Positions 56,443 to 64,000 of a stretch of DNA of 64,000 bases are shown here, in pieces. This DNA is from Eubacteriales bacterium (lineage in GTDB: Bacteria; Bacillota; Clostridia; Oscillospirales; CAG-272). The notes under the pieces were generated by a model, which had not been told where the DNA came from, ran no database searches, and saw nothing but the letters and a program-made list of their open reading frames with translations. A program made the position numbers and the translations under genes. The stretch's first letter is position 1, and every line of letters starts with the position of its first letter. Location: the NCBI GenBank assembly GCA_045120955.1, contig JBGVFH010000071.1, positions 23,631 through 87,630 of the forward strand, in the 5' to 3' direction.

Positions 56443-57522
56443 TTATACAATCAGCATTGCGTCTCCGAATGAGAAAAATCTGTATTTCTGCTCTACGGCG
56501 GTTTTGTATGCGTCCATCACAAATTCTTTTCCCGCAAAGGCGGAAACAAGCATGAGAAGTGATGACTCAGGCAAATGAAAGTTTGTGATGAGCGCATCGG
56601 TCGCCTTGAATTTGTATCCGGGATAGATAAATATTTTTGTTTGCTCGGATACGGGGTGTACCGTTCCGTCCTCGCTTGCCGCAGACTCAATGGTGCGGCA
56701 TGATGTTGTGCCCACACATATGACTCTGCCGCCGTTTTTTCTGCGTTCGTTGATAATGTCAGCCGCCTCTTTGGTCACTGTGATAGTCTCTGCGTGCATG
56801 ACATGGTCTGTTATTTTATCTGCCTTGACGGGGCGAAATGTACCGAGCCCCACATGGAGCATTACGGGTACGACTGCCGTGCCCTGCGCTTTTATTTTAT
56901 CGAGAAGCTCCGTCGTAAAATGAAGCCCCGCCGTCGGCGCCGCGGCACTTCCGCGCTCGTTTGCATACACGGTTTGGTAGCGCTCGTTTGGATTGTCTGT
57001 TGAATGGATATACGGGGGCAGAGGCATAGCGCCTACCTCGTCAAGCAGAGCAAAAAATTCATCGTTTGGTGAGTATTCAAATCTTATCTTTCTGTTGCCT
57101 TCTTCGACTATATCAACGACCTCTGCACGGAGCACTCCTCCTCCGAACTCAAATCTCCGCCCGACCTTGGCACGTTTGCCGGGGCGGGTCAGGCACTCCC
57201 ACGTGTCTTTTTCTTCGCATTGCTTTAAAAGCAACAGCTCAATGCTTTTCTCGGGGGATCCCTCGGCGTTGCCGATAAGGCGTGCGGGTATGACCTTTGA
57301 GTCGTTTATAACAAGGACGTCCTCTGGGCGAATATACTCGGTTATGTCATGAAAGATACGGTGTGCAAGCGTTTTCTTTTCTCTGTCAAGACACATCAGG
57401 CGTGAGCCGTCACGATGCTCTGCAGGATGCTGAGCTATCAGCTCTTCGGGAAGGTCGTAAAAAAAGTCGCTTGTAAGTAGCTGTGTATCTATTCTTGTGT
57501 TTTCTATCATTATGCTTTTCAC
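56443..57522 (-). CDS. queA: tRNA preQ1(34) S-adenosylmethionine ribosyltransferase-isomerase
   Basis: 359 aa with FFYDLPEELIAQHP, PLPPYI and FFSFGDAMLI. Confidence 0.95.
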   Translation of the reverse strand: MKSIMIENTRIDTQLLTSDFFYDLPEELIAQHPAEHRDGSRLMCLDREKKTLAHRIFHDITEYIRPEDVLVINDSKVIPARLIGNAEGSPEKSIELLLLKQCEEKDTWECLTRPGKRAKVGRRFEFGGGVLRAEVVDIVEEGNRKIRFEYSPNDEFFALLDEVGAMPLPPYIHSTDNPNERYQTVYANERGSAAAPTAGLHFTTELLDKIKAQGTAVVPVMLHVGLGTFRPVKADKITDHVMHAETITVTKEAADIINERRKNGGRVICVGTTSCRTIESAASEDGTVHPVSEQTKIFIYPGYKFKATDALITNFHLPESSLLMLVSAFAGKEFVMDAYKTAVEQKYRFFSFGDAMLIV

Positions 57523-57629
57523 TTTCTGTTATACTGTCATATACTGAAAGAAGACAGTAATTCTTACAATAAATTATATACTATCAAGACTTATTTTTCA
57601 AGAGATTTTATCATACAGGAGAAAAACAT

Positions 57630-58532
57630 ATGAAAAAAACATATGCGAAAACAAAGAAAAAAATCTTTGAAGGGGTTGCTACCGCTCTGATAACCCCGTT
57701 CAAAAACGACAGAATAGACTACACGGCATTTGAAAATCTTATCGAGCGGCAGATAGAGCTTGGGGTGAATGCGTTGCTTTTCTGCGGAACGACAGGGGAA
57801 GCACCGACACTCAGCGAAAAGGAAAAGGCAAATATTTTCACCTTTGCAAAGAAAACGGCAGGGGATCGTGTACCGCTCATATTCGGAAGCGGCACCAACT
57901 CCCACGCCGCCACCATGCGGCTCTGAGCCCGTGCGATAGAGTGCGGCGCCGATGCGCTTTTGTGTGTGACTCCGTATTACAACAAGGGCACACCGAGAGG
58001 GATAGTTACGGCGTTTTCCGAGGTATGCTCGCTCGGGGCACCCGTTATTTTATATAATATTCCGTCGAGGACAGGTGTGGATGTTGATATGGATATGCTA
58101 AAGCAGCTCTCGGAGGAGGAAAACCTCTGCGCTATAAAGGAATGTGCGGGTGTTAGCCGTATCAGCAGCATATGTGCGGAATTTCCCGATAAGTACGCAG
58201 TATATTCGGGAAATGACGGTGAATTTTTGCCCTCGCTCAGTGTAGGGGCAGTGGGAGTTGTCAGCGTTATGTCAAATCTGTATCCGGAGCTTATTTCGGG
58301 CATATACAAGGATTTTTGCGCAAACGACAATCAAAACGCAAGAAAAAAGCATCTTATGATGCAAAGACTGAATTCCTTGCTTTTTTCCGTTACAAATCCC
58401 GCCCCGATAAAATACGCAATGAGCATAAGGGGACTGTGCGAAAACACGCTTCGTCTGCCTCTTATGCCTGTCGAGGGAGAAATTTGCAAAAAAATAGAGA
58501 ATGAAATGAAAAAAATCGAACAAAACATTTGA
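57630..58532 (+). pseudogene. dapA: 4-hydroxy-tetrahydrodipicolinate synthase interrupted by one in-frame TGA
   Basis: ORFs 57630-57926 and 57960-58532 are in the same frame and read ...[35 protein letters not shown]... across TGA 57924-57926. The DapA motifs (GTTGE, TPYYNK, Schiff-base Lys in AIKEC) are otherwise intact. Confidence 0.85.
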
Positions 58533-58557
58533 CTTAACGACCGTTTGCGGTTATAAT
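58529..58557 (+). promoter_or_regulatory. candidate sigma-A promoter of the transketolase genes
   Basis: TTGACT (58529-58534) - 17 nt - TATAAT (58552-58557). Confidence 0.55.
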
Positions 58558-58622
58558 AGATAAGTAAATGATAAAATGCGAAACAATGTGCATTTTGCAG
58601 TTTTTCGTGAAAGGACTTACAA

Positions 58623-59468
58623 ATGAATTCTGAGAAGATAAAAATGCTCAAGAAGACTGCCGCAGAGGTACGTCTCGGAATACTTGAGGGTGTTTACAAT
58701 GCGGGCAGCGGACATCCGGGCGGCTCGCTTTCGGCAGCTGACGTGATGACATATCTTTATTTTTGCGAGATGAATATCGACCCGCAAAATCCCAAAATGC
58801 CGAACCGTGACAGATTTGTTCTGTCAAAAGGACACGCGGCGCCCCTTTACTATTCGGTGCTTGCAAACAGAGGTTACTTCCCCAAGCAGGACCTTGCCAC
58901 CCTGCGCAAGCTTGACAGCTACCTTCAGGGACATCCCGATATGAAGCACACCCCCGGCGTTGATATGTCGACAGGTTCGCTCGGACTTGGCATTTCGGCG
59001 GCGTGCGGTATGGCTCTTGCAGGAAAAATAGGTAAGTATGATTACCGTGTTTATACAATGATAGGAGACGGTGAATCAGAGGAAGGACAGGTATGGGAGG
59101 CGGCTATGTTTGCCGCTCATTACAAGCTCGATAATCTGTGCGCTCTGCTCGATCTCAACGGCCTTCAGATAGACGGAAAGATAACCGATGTTATGGACCC
59201 GACTCCGCATGATGAAAAGTTCAGAGCGTTCGGCTGGAACGTGTTTACGTGTGACGCACACGATTTTGACTCTATCGAGGCGGCATTCAACGAGGCAAAG
59301 AACGCAAACAACGGCAAGCCCTCTGTTATTATCTCTTCTTCGGTAAAAGGAAAGGGCGTATCGTTTATGGAAAATCAGTGCGACTGGCACGGAAAAGCAC
59401 CGTCAAAGGAAGAATATGAAACGGCGGTCAGCGAGATAAAAGCTTATATGGAAAGGGAGTGTCTGTGA
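58623..59468 (+). CDS. transketolase, N-terminal (TPP-binding) subunit
   Basis: 281 aa with GHPGGSLS and GDGESEEGQVWEA. Split-type transketolase. Confidence 0.92.
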   Translation: MNSEKIKMLKKTAAEVRLGILEGVYNAGSGHPGGSLSAADVMTYLYFCEMNIDPQNPKMPNRDRFVLSKGHAAPLYYSVLANRGYFPKQDLATLRKLDSYLQGHPDMKHTPGVDMSTGSLGLGISAACGMALAGKIGKYDYRVYTMIGDGESEEGQVWEAAMFAAHYKLDNLCALLDLNGLQIDGKITDVMDPTPHDEKFRAFGWNVFTCDAHDFDSIEAAFNEAKNANNGKPSVIISSSVKGKGVSFMENQCDWHGKAPSKEEYETAVSEIKAYMERECL

Positions 59469-60412
59469 TGGCGGATAAGATAGCAACAAGACAGGCTTAC
59501 GGCGAGACTTTGCGTGACATTGCAGAGCAGTTTCCCGAGCTTGTAGTTCTCGATGCAGACCTTGCGGCGGCTACTAAGACAGAAATATTTAAAAAGGCAT
59601 ACCCCGACAGATTTTTTGACTGCGGTATTGCTGAGGGCAACATGATGGGCGTAGCGGCGGGACTTGCATCCTGCGGAAAGATACCGTTTGCATCCAGCTT
59701 TGCAATGTTTGCAGCAGGCAGAGCGTTTGAGCAGGTGAGAAATATCATCGGATATCCTCATCTCAATGTAAAAATAGGAGCTACTCATGCGGGCTGTACC
59801 GTAGGCGAGGACGGCGCTACACACCAATGCAACGAGGATATCGCTCTCATGCGTACTATTCCGGGTATGGTAGTTATCAATCCTGCTGACGCAGTTGAAG
59901 CGAGAGCTGCGGTGATCGCAGCAGCTGAATACGTAGGACCTGTATATCTGCGTTTCGGAAGAGCGAATGTTCCGACAGTAAACGACAGCAAGGACTACAA
60001 ATTTGAGATAGGCAAGGGAGTTACCCTGCGTGACGGCACAGATGCTACCATCGTAGCGAGCGGAATTACCGTTCATATTGCGCTTGAGGCGGCACAGCTT
60101 CTCAGCGACGAGGGAATAGATGCAAGGGTCATAAATATCCATACGATAAAGCCGATAGACAAGGATCTTCTTATAAAGGCGGCAAAAGAGACGGGAGCTA
60201 TCGTTACCGCTGAGGAGCACAACATTATAGGAGGACTCGGAAGTGCGGTATGCGAGGCTGTATGCGAGCAATGTCCCGTACCCGTTGTCAGAGTCGGCAT
60301 GAACGATGAATACGGCAGAAGCGCATCTGCGGCTCGGCTTCTTGAATATTACGGCTTTACTGCGGAAAATATCGCAGCCAAGGTTAAGGAAGCTATTGCA
60401 AAGAAGAGATAA
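59468..60412 (+). CDS. transketolase, C-terminal (pyrimidine-binding) subunit
   Basis: Contains FFDCGIAEGNMMGVAAGLA and a C-terminal transketolase domain. Start at ATG 59468 (TGATG overlap with the upstream stop, AAGGGAG 8 nt upstream). Confidence 0.92.
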   Translation: MADKIATRQAYGETLRDIAEQFPELVVLDADLAAATKTEIFKKAYPDRFFDCGIAEGNMMGVAAGLASCGKIPFASSFAMFAAGRAFEQVRNIIGYPHLNVKIGATHAGCTVGEDGATHQCNEDIALMRTIPGMVVINPADAVEARAAVIAAAEYVGPVYLRFGRANVPTVNDSKDYKFEIGKGVTLRDGTDATIVASGITVHIALEAAQLLSDEGIDARVINIHTIKPIDKDLLIKAAKETGAIVTAEEHNIIGGLGSAVCEAVCEQCPVPVVRVGMNDEYGRSASAARLLEYYGFTAENIAAKVKEAIAKKR

Positions 60413-60439
60413 GCATATTTATATTTGTTTTACAGAGTA

Positions 60440-60470
60440 AAAGCAGGCGGAGATTTCTGTCTGCTTTTCG
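60440..60470 (+). terminator. intrinsic terminator candidate after tkt
   Basis: Stem AAAGCAGGCGG / CTGTCTGCTTT (with G-U pairs), followed by TCGGTT. Confidence 0.5.
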
Positions 60471-60503
60471 GTTATAAAAAGAAAAAAACACAAGGAGGAC
60501 GAC

Positions 60504-60965
60504 ATGAAAAAAATTGCAAGCTTTACGGTTAACCACGACAAGCTGAAAAAGGGAATGTACATCTCACGCATCGACGGAGATGCCGTGACGTACGATATAA
60601 GGATGAAAATACCCAACGGCGGCGACTATCTCGGCTGCGGGGAGCTTCATACCTTCGAGCATCTTTTTGCTACTTTTGCACGCAACAGCTGTTATTCTGA
60701 CAGTGTTATATATGTAGGGCCTATGGGATGCCGTACGGGATTTTATCTTATTTTGCGTGACACGGTGAGCCATTCTCAGGCAATCGGGCTTGTTAGGGAT
60801 GCGTTTTCGTTCATATCGGATTTTGAGGGTGAGATACCGGGAAATAAGCGTGAGGAATGCGGCAATTATCTTGAGCATGACCTTACAGGAGCTAAAGCGG
60901 TCGCGGCTGACATGGCATCCGTACTCTCTGATTGGAACGAGCAAAAGCTCAATTACGAAAACTAA
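60504..60965 (+). CDS. luxS: S-ribosylhomocysteine lyase (AI-2 synthase)
   Basis: 153 aa with the metal motif HTFEHL and GPMGCRTGFY. Confidence 0.95.
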   Translation: MKKIASFTVNHDKLKKGMYISRIDGDAVTYDIRMKIPNGGDYLGCGELHTFEHLFATFARNSCYSDSVIYVGPMGCRTGFYLILRDTVSHSQAIGLVRDAFSFISDFEGEIPGNKREECGNYLEHDLTGAKAVAADMASVLSDWNEQKLNYEN

Positions 60966-60995
60966 CAAAAATTGTTTGCTCATTTGTATGAGTGC

Positions 60996-61024
60996 TTGAC
61001 TATCTCCCGAAAAAATGATACAGT
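60996..61024 (+). promoter_or_regulatory. candidate promoter of the 676-aa gene
   Basis: TTGACT - 17 nt - TACAGT, with an extended -10 TG. Confidence 0.4.
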
Positions 61025-61073
61025 TATTGTAATAGTATGATTATTTAGGCAGTGTAACGAAAGGAGCGCAGGC

Positions 61074-63104
61074 ATGGACCAAAATAATGAGCGCATGACT
61101 TTATCCGAGCAAAAACCTACAGCTCAGGATACTGCAAACGGCGAAAATGAGAAAAACTCCGTTTCGATATCACCCGAGGGTATGGCCTCAGGAGGGCATG
61201 AGACGGACGGCGAACAAGACTGTTACGGTGCTGTTGCGGCATATGAACAAGATACCGAAAATACAAGCTCCGAGCAGAATGTTTCGAAGGATGTCACTGT
61301 ACCTCCGCAAATTACATATGAGGCGGCTGTTTCAAAGAAAAAGAGGGGATATTTGCGTATTGCGCTGATAGCGGCGGCACTCGTACTGTTGGCAGGCATT
61401 ATAAGTGCTGCAGTTTTGATTGTTCCGATAATGGGGAGCGCATCCGCTATTAAAAAAACGTTCAGTGCGGTCTTTTTCGACCTTGATGTTGCCGACGCTA
61501 TTGGTAATGCCGCTCAAAAGAGCGGAGCAGAGGTCAAATATGAGATAAATCTGCCAAGCGAAGCTTGCATAGGAGATTCGAGCTTTTATATTGGATTTGA
61601 AAGCTGCACCGCTCCAAAGGACGGAGCAGGCAGTGCAAATCTGACCTTGGAATATGAGCCTGACAGCTTTGAGCTTGATTTTTATTATGACGAGGATATA
61701 TTTGCTGTCGGAGGTCTGTACGAGGACTCGGATAAATACATAAGCATTCCTCGCAAGGATGCCGTGAGCGCACTTGAGAACTCTGTTTTTCATCCCGACA
61801 GCGGCTCTGCTTATGCGCTTGACACAGAGAGCTATGAGCAGCTCGTCAACGCTCTGAAGATGTACGCATCAGAGCATGACAAGGAGACGAAAAAGGAGCT
61901 AAAGGAAATAAATGATGCCTTTGGCGATATACTCAAAGAGTGGAGCAAGCAACTTCGCCCAAAAACCTCGATATATTTCTCTGAGGACGCCTTTTGCCTC
62001 TGCAAAAAGGTGAGCTACAAGCTCACGGAAGACAACATCGGCGACATGATAGATGCTGTTCTCACACAGACAGAAGAGAGCGAGGTATTTGAGCAATATC
62101 TCAATTATATATATATTCTCGGGGAAGAAGAAACAAAAAAGACCGTGACAGAGCTGCTTGAAGAGCTTGAGGACTCGCTTGATAATTGCGAGCTTGAGCT
62201 TTCTTATGTCATAAGCAAAGGCAAGGTGTGTGAGCTTGACTGTGTCATCGACACAAACGGTGACACGATCGAGGTCGAGATAGATTTTTTTTACTCAAAC
62301 AACGGTCAGTGCAGCTTTGACGCTTATATTCTGAACGATCCGGCGTCAGGCAGTGAGACTGAGACGGAGCTTGAATATCGCAAGAAAACGTATGCATCAA
62401 GTACCGATATTGAGATCGACATTGAGCAGATATCATATAGCGGAAAAAGCTCGACTACCAAAAAATTTGATGTTGAGATCAAATATGACCGAGATAAAAA
62501 TACATATGAGATCGATTTGGGCAGCATTGATATATGCGGGGATTTCGTTTTGAACGAAAAGGACAGAAAATTCCGTTTGTCCGTCGATGTGATCGAAATT
62601 TACGGAAGCAACCTGCTGGACTCGCTCAACGGGAAAACCTTTGTTGATATTTCAGTTGAGGGATGCAAAGACACCCCCAAGCTTTCTGTGCCTGAAAATG
62701 TCGATCTGTTTTCAATGGCGGAGGAGGATGTTCGCTCGTTTGTACGGCAGATCCCGATACAAGAGCTTGACTGTGTGATGAAAGGGCTGTCTGAGCAAGG
62801 CTTGATGATCGAGTTTACGCGTGACGGACAGATCTTTGACGAGACTGAGAAGCATTTGGCTAAAAAATATCAATACATAGCGCATTATGAACGGTATATT
62901 ATACAGAAGCAGTCGATGGGCAGAGATTATTCGAAGAAGGTATATATCTATAACGATGAATTTGATGTATATTATCTGCTTGCCTACTCGTCCAAAACAG
63001 GCGAGATAAGTGTCGAGTACGCATATGAGCTTACATCAAAGATAAAGGCGGCGTATAACGAGGCATTTACCGACAGCGACTACGGACTTATAGTGCGTTC
63101 TTAA
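61074..63104 (+). CDS. hypothetical single-pass membrane protein with a large acidic extracytoplasmic region
   Basis: 676 aa. A disordered N-terminus of about 95 aa, one TM helix (LRIALIAAALVLLAGIISAAVLIV) and an Asp/Glu-rich beta-type region of about 560 aa. No family recognised. Confidence 0.7.
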   Translation: MDQNNERMTLSEQKPTAQDTANGENEKNSVSISPEGMASGGHETDGEQDCYGAVAAYEQDTENTSSEQNVSKDVTVPPQITYEAAVSKKKRGYLRIALIAAALVLLAGIISAAVLIVPIMGSASAIKKTFSAVFFDLDVADAIGNAAQKSGAEVKYEINLPSEACIGDSSFYIGFESCTAPKDGAGSANLTLEYEPDSFELDFYYDEDIFAVGGLYEDSDKYISIPRKDAVSALENSVFHPDSGSAYALDTESYEQLVNALKMYASEHDKETKKELKEINDAFGDILKEWSKQLRPKTSIYFSEDAFCLCKKVSYKLTEDNIGDMIDAVLTQTEESEVFEQYLNYIYILGEEETKKTVTELLEELEDSLDNCELELSYVISKGKVCELDCVIDTNGDTIEVEIDFFYSNNGQCSFDAYILNDPASGSETETELEYRKKTYASSTDIEIDIEQISYSGKSSTTKKFDVEIKYDRDKNTYEIDLGSIDICGDFVLNEKDRKFRLSVDVIEIYGSNLLDSLNGKTFVDISVEGCKDTPKLSVPENVDLFSMAEEDVRSFVRQIPIQELDCVMKGLSEQGLMIEFTRDGQIFDETEKHLAKKYQYIAHYERYIIQKQSMGRDYSKKVYIYNDEFDVYYLLAYSSKTGEISVEYAYELTSKIKAAYNEAFTDSDYGLIVRS

Positions 63105-63128
63105 AAACGGTACAGAACATTTATAACG

Positions 63129-63178
63129 AAAAACCGTATATGAAAGCCGAAATGCTTTCATATACGGTTTCCTTTTTG
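63129..63178. terminator. bidirectional-type intrinsic terminator
   Basis: 17-bp perfect arms AAACCGTATATGAAAGC / GCTTTCATATACGGTTT, with A-rich sequence upstream and TCCTTTTTGTT downstream. Confidence 0.85.
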
Positions 63179-63201
63179 TTGCATAGGAAATTGCAAAGTT
63201 A

Positions 63202-63281
63202 CGTCCCGCCGTTTGGTTGAGTTAAAGAAGATCCAAAGATACAACAGGCGGGAGGACGGGTGCGGGCACTGCCCGCTTTTG
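63202..63281 (+). repeat. two-hairpin GC-rich element, copy 2
   Basis: TCCCGCCGTT...AACAGGCGGGA stem followed by GGCGGGAGGACGGGTGCGGGCACTGCCCGCTTTT. See copy 1 at 43842-43919. Confidence 0.6.
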
Positions 63282-63298
63282 CACTCAGACGGTAAAGG

Positions 63299-64000
63299 TC
63301 ATATGTTGCTCGACTGTATTTTGTCCATTTCAGCGTAAATGCCGCCGAGTCGAAGCAGCTGCTCGTGCGTTCCGCATTCTGCTATCCTGCCGTCGGATAT
63401 CACAAGAATAAGATCGGCATTGCGTATGGTCGAGAGACGGTGTGCTATTGCAAATATTGTATGTTTGCCGCTGATAGCCGAGATAGCTTTTTGTATTTGC
63501 TTTTCCGTCTGTACATCGACAGAGGCTGTAGCCTCGTCCAAAATGATTATCGGTGCCTTGCGAAGGATAGCTCTTGCGATGGCTACACGCTGCTTTTGAC
63601 CGCCCGAGAGACGAAGACCGCGCTCGCCTACCATAGTGTCATATTTATTCGGCATATTCATAATATCGTCGTGTATGTTCGCCGCCTTTGCCGCATCTGT
63701 TATCTCCTCGTGCGTTGCATCCGGCTTTGCATATGCGATGTTTTCCTCTATGCTTCCGTTAAAAAGAAATGTATCCTGCAGTACGGGCGCAATGTTCTTT
63801 CTCAGACTTTTCAGACTTGCATCCTTTATGTCTACTCCGTCGATGAGAATTCTGCCCTCTGTCGGGTCGTAAAAACGTGAGATGAGCTGTGTCAAGGTCG
63901 TTTTTCCGACTCCGGTGGGACCTACGAGCGCAACGGTCATGCCTGCATGAGCCTCAAAGGATATGTTTTTGAGTATAGACTCAGACAGAGCGTCTGAGTA
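63299..64000 (-). CDS. ABC exporter ATP-binding domain (type I exporter, MsbA-like); 5' part lies beyond the window
   Basis: Walker A GPTGVGKTT, signature LSGGQKQR, Walker B IIILDEATS and an H-loop. The frame remains open upstream of Met 63940 to the window end (…ILKNISFEAHAGMTVALVG). Confidence 0.9.
   Translation of the reverse strand, partial: YSDALSESILKNISFEAHAGMTVALVGPTGVGKTTLTQLISRFYDPTEGRILIDGVDIKDASLKSLRKNIAPVLQDTFLFNGSIEENIAYAKPDATHEEITDAAKAANIHDDIMNMPNKYDTMVGERGLRLSGGQKQRVAIARAILRKAPIIILDEATASVDVQTEKQIQKAISAISGKHTIFAIAHRLSTIRNADLILVISDGRIAECGTHEQLLRLGGIYAEMDKIQSSNI

Noticed and set aside
57924-57926. dapA in-frame TGA read as selenocysteine or as a reassigned codon
   Set aside because: TGA terminates many other genes in this window. 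No convincing SECIS-like hairpin could be drawn directly downstream, and the position is not catalytic. A nonsense mutation or a base-call error is more parsimonious.
59444-60271. 275-aa minus-strand ORF antisense to the transketolase C-terminal subunit
   Set aside because: Shadow ORF. The plus-strand gene has unambiguous transketolase motifs.
1-64000. Search by eye for tRNA, rRNA, CRISPR repeats and tandem arrays
   Set aside because: No cloverleaf-type GTTCGAATC/T-loop contexts, rRNA-like stretches or regularly spaced short repeats were noticed. This was a visual scan only, so tRNAscan, Infernal or a CRISPR finder could still detect something I missed.

Overview
This is a 64-kb chromosomal window from a Firmicutes/Clostridia-type genome. 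That placement is an inference from gene content and synteny: the nusB-xseA-xseB-ispA-tlyA-nadK-argR-recN block, murB-whiA, a split transketolase, a GTP-type PEP carboxykinase, and BofC-like and CapA-like proteins. It is possibly an Oscillospirales-like anaerobe, which cannot be verified here. There are roughly 60 protein-coding genes and almost all are housekeeping. They include aspS, truB, pgeF, pck, dnaE, a class A PBP, nadE, plsX, the str operon (rpsL-rpsG-fusA-tuf), an FMN riboswitch controlling ribU, a DUF1836-nfeD-floT flotillin operon, malQ with a sugar ABC importer, an ArsR/HMA/P1B-ATPase metal operon, a two-component system beside htrA, ruvX, queA, dapA, tkt and luxS. I recognised no rRNA, tRNA, CRISPR array, transposase, integrase or phage gene. 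The only clearly accessory stretch is 40.5-43.9 kb. It is an AT-rich, same-strand cassette of six unassignable membrane / zinc-ribbon ORFs directly behind floT. The cassette contains a 152-bp direct repeat that duplicates the 3' end of its first gene. It also contains three reading-frame interruptions, one of them at an in-phase A_AAA_AAG heptamer. Other points worth a second look are listed below.
- An about 80-nt two-hairpin GC-rich element is present twice (43.8 kb and 63.2 kb), each time between convergent genes.
- dapA carries a single in-frame TGA.
- rpsG lacks a start codon at the conserved position, and the str operon sits away from its usual rpoBC/S10 neighbours.
- A structured 280-bp orphan spacer lies at 51.5-51.8 kb.
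All coordinates, repeat identities and alignments were worked out by hand from the sequence. No database search was possible.
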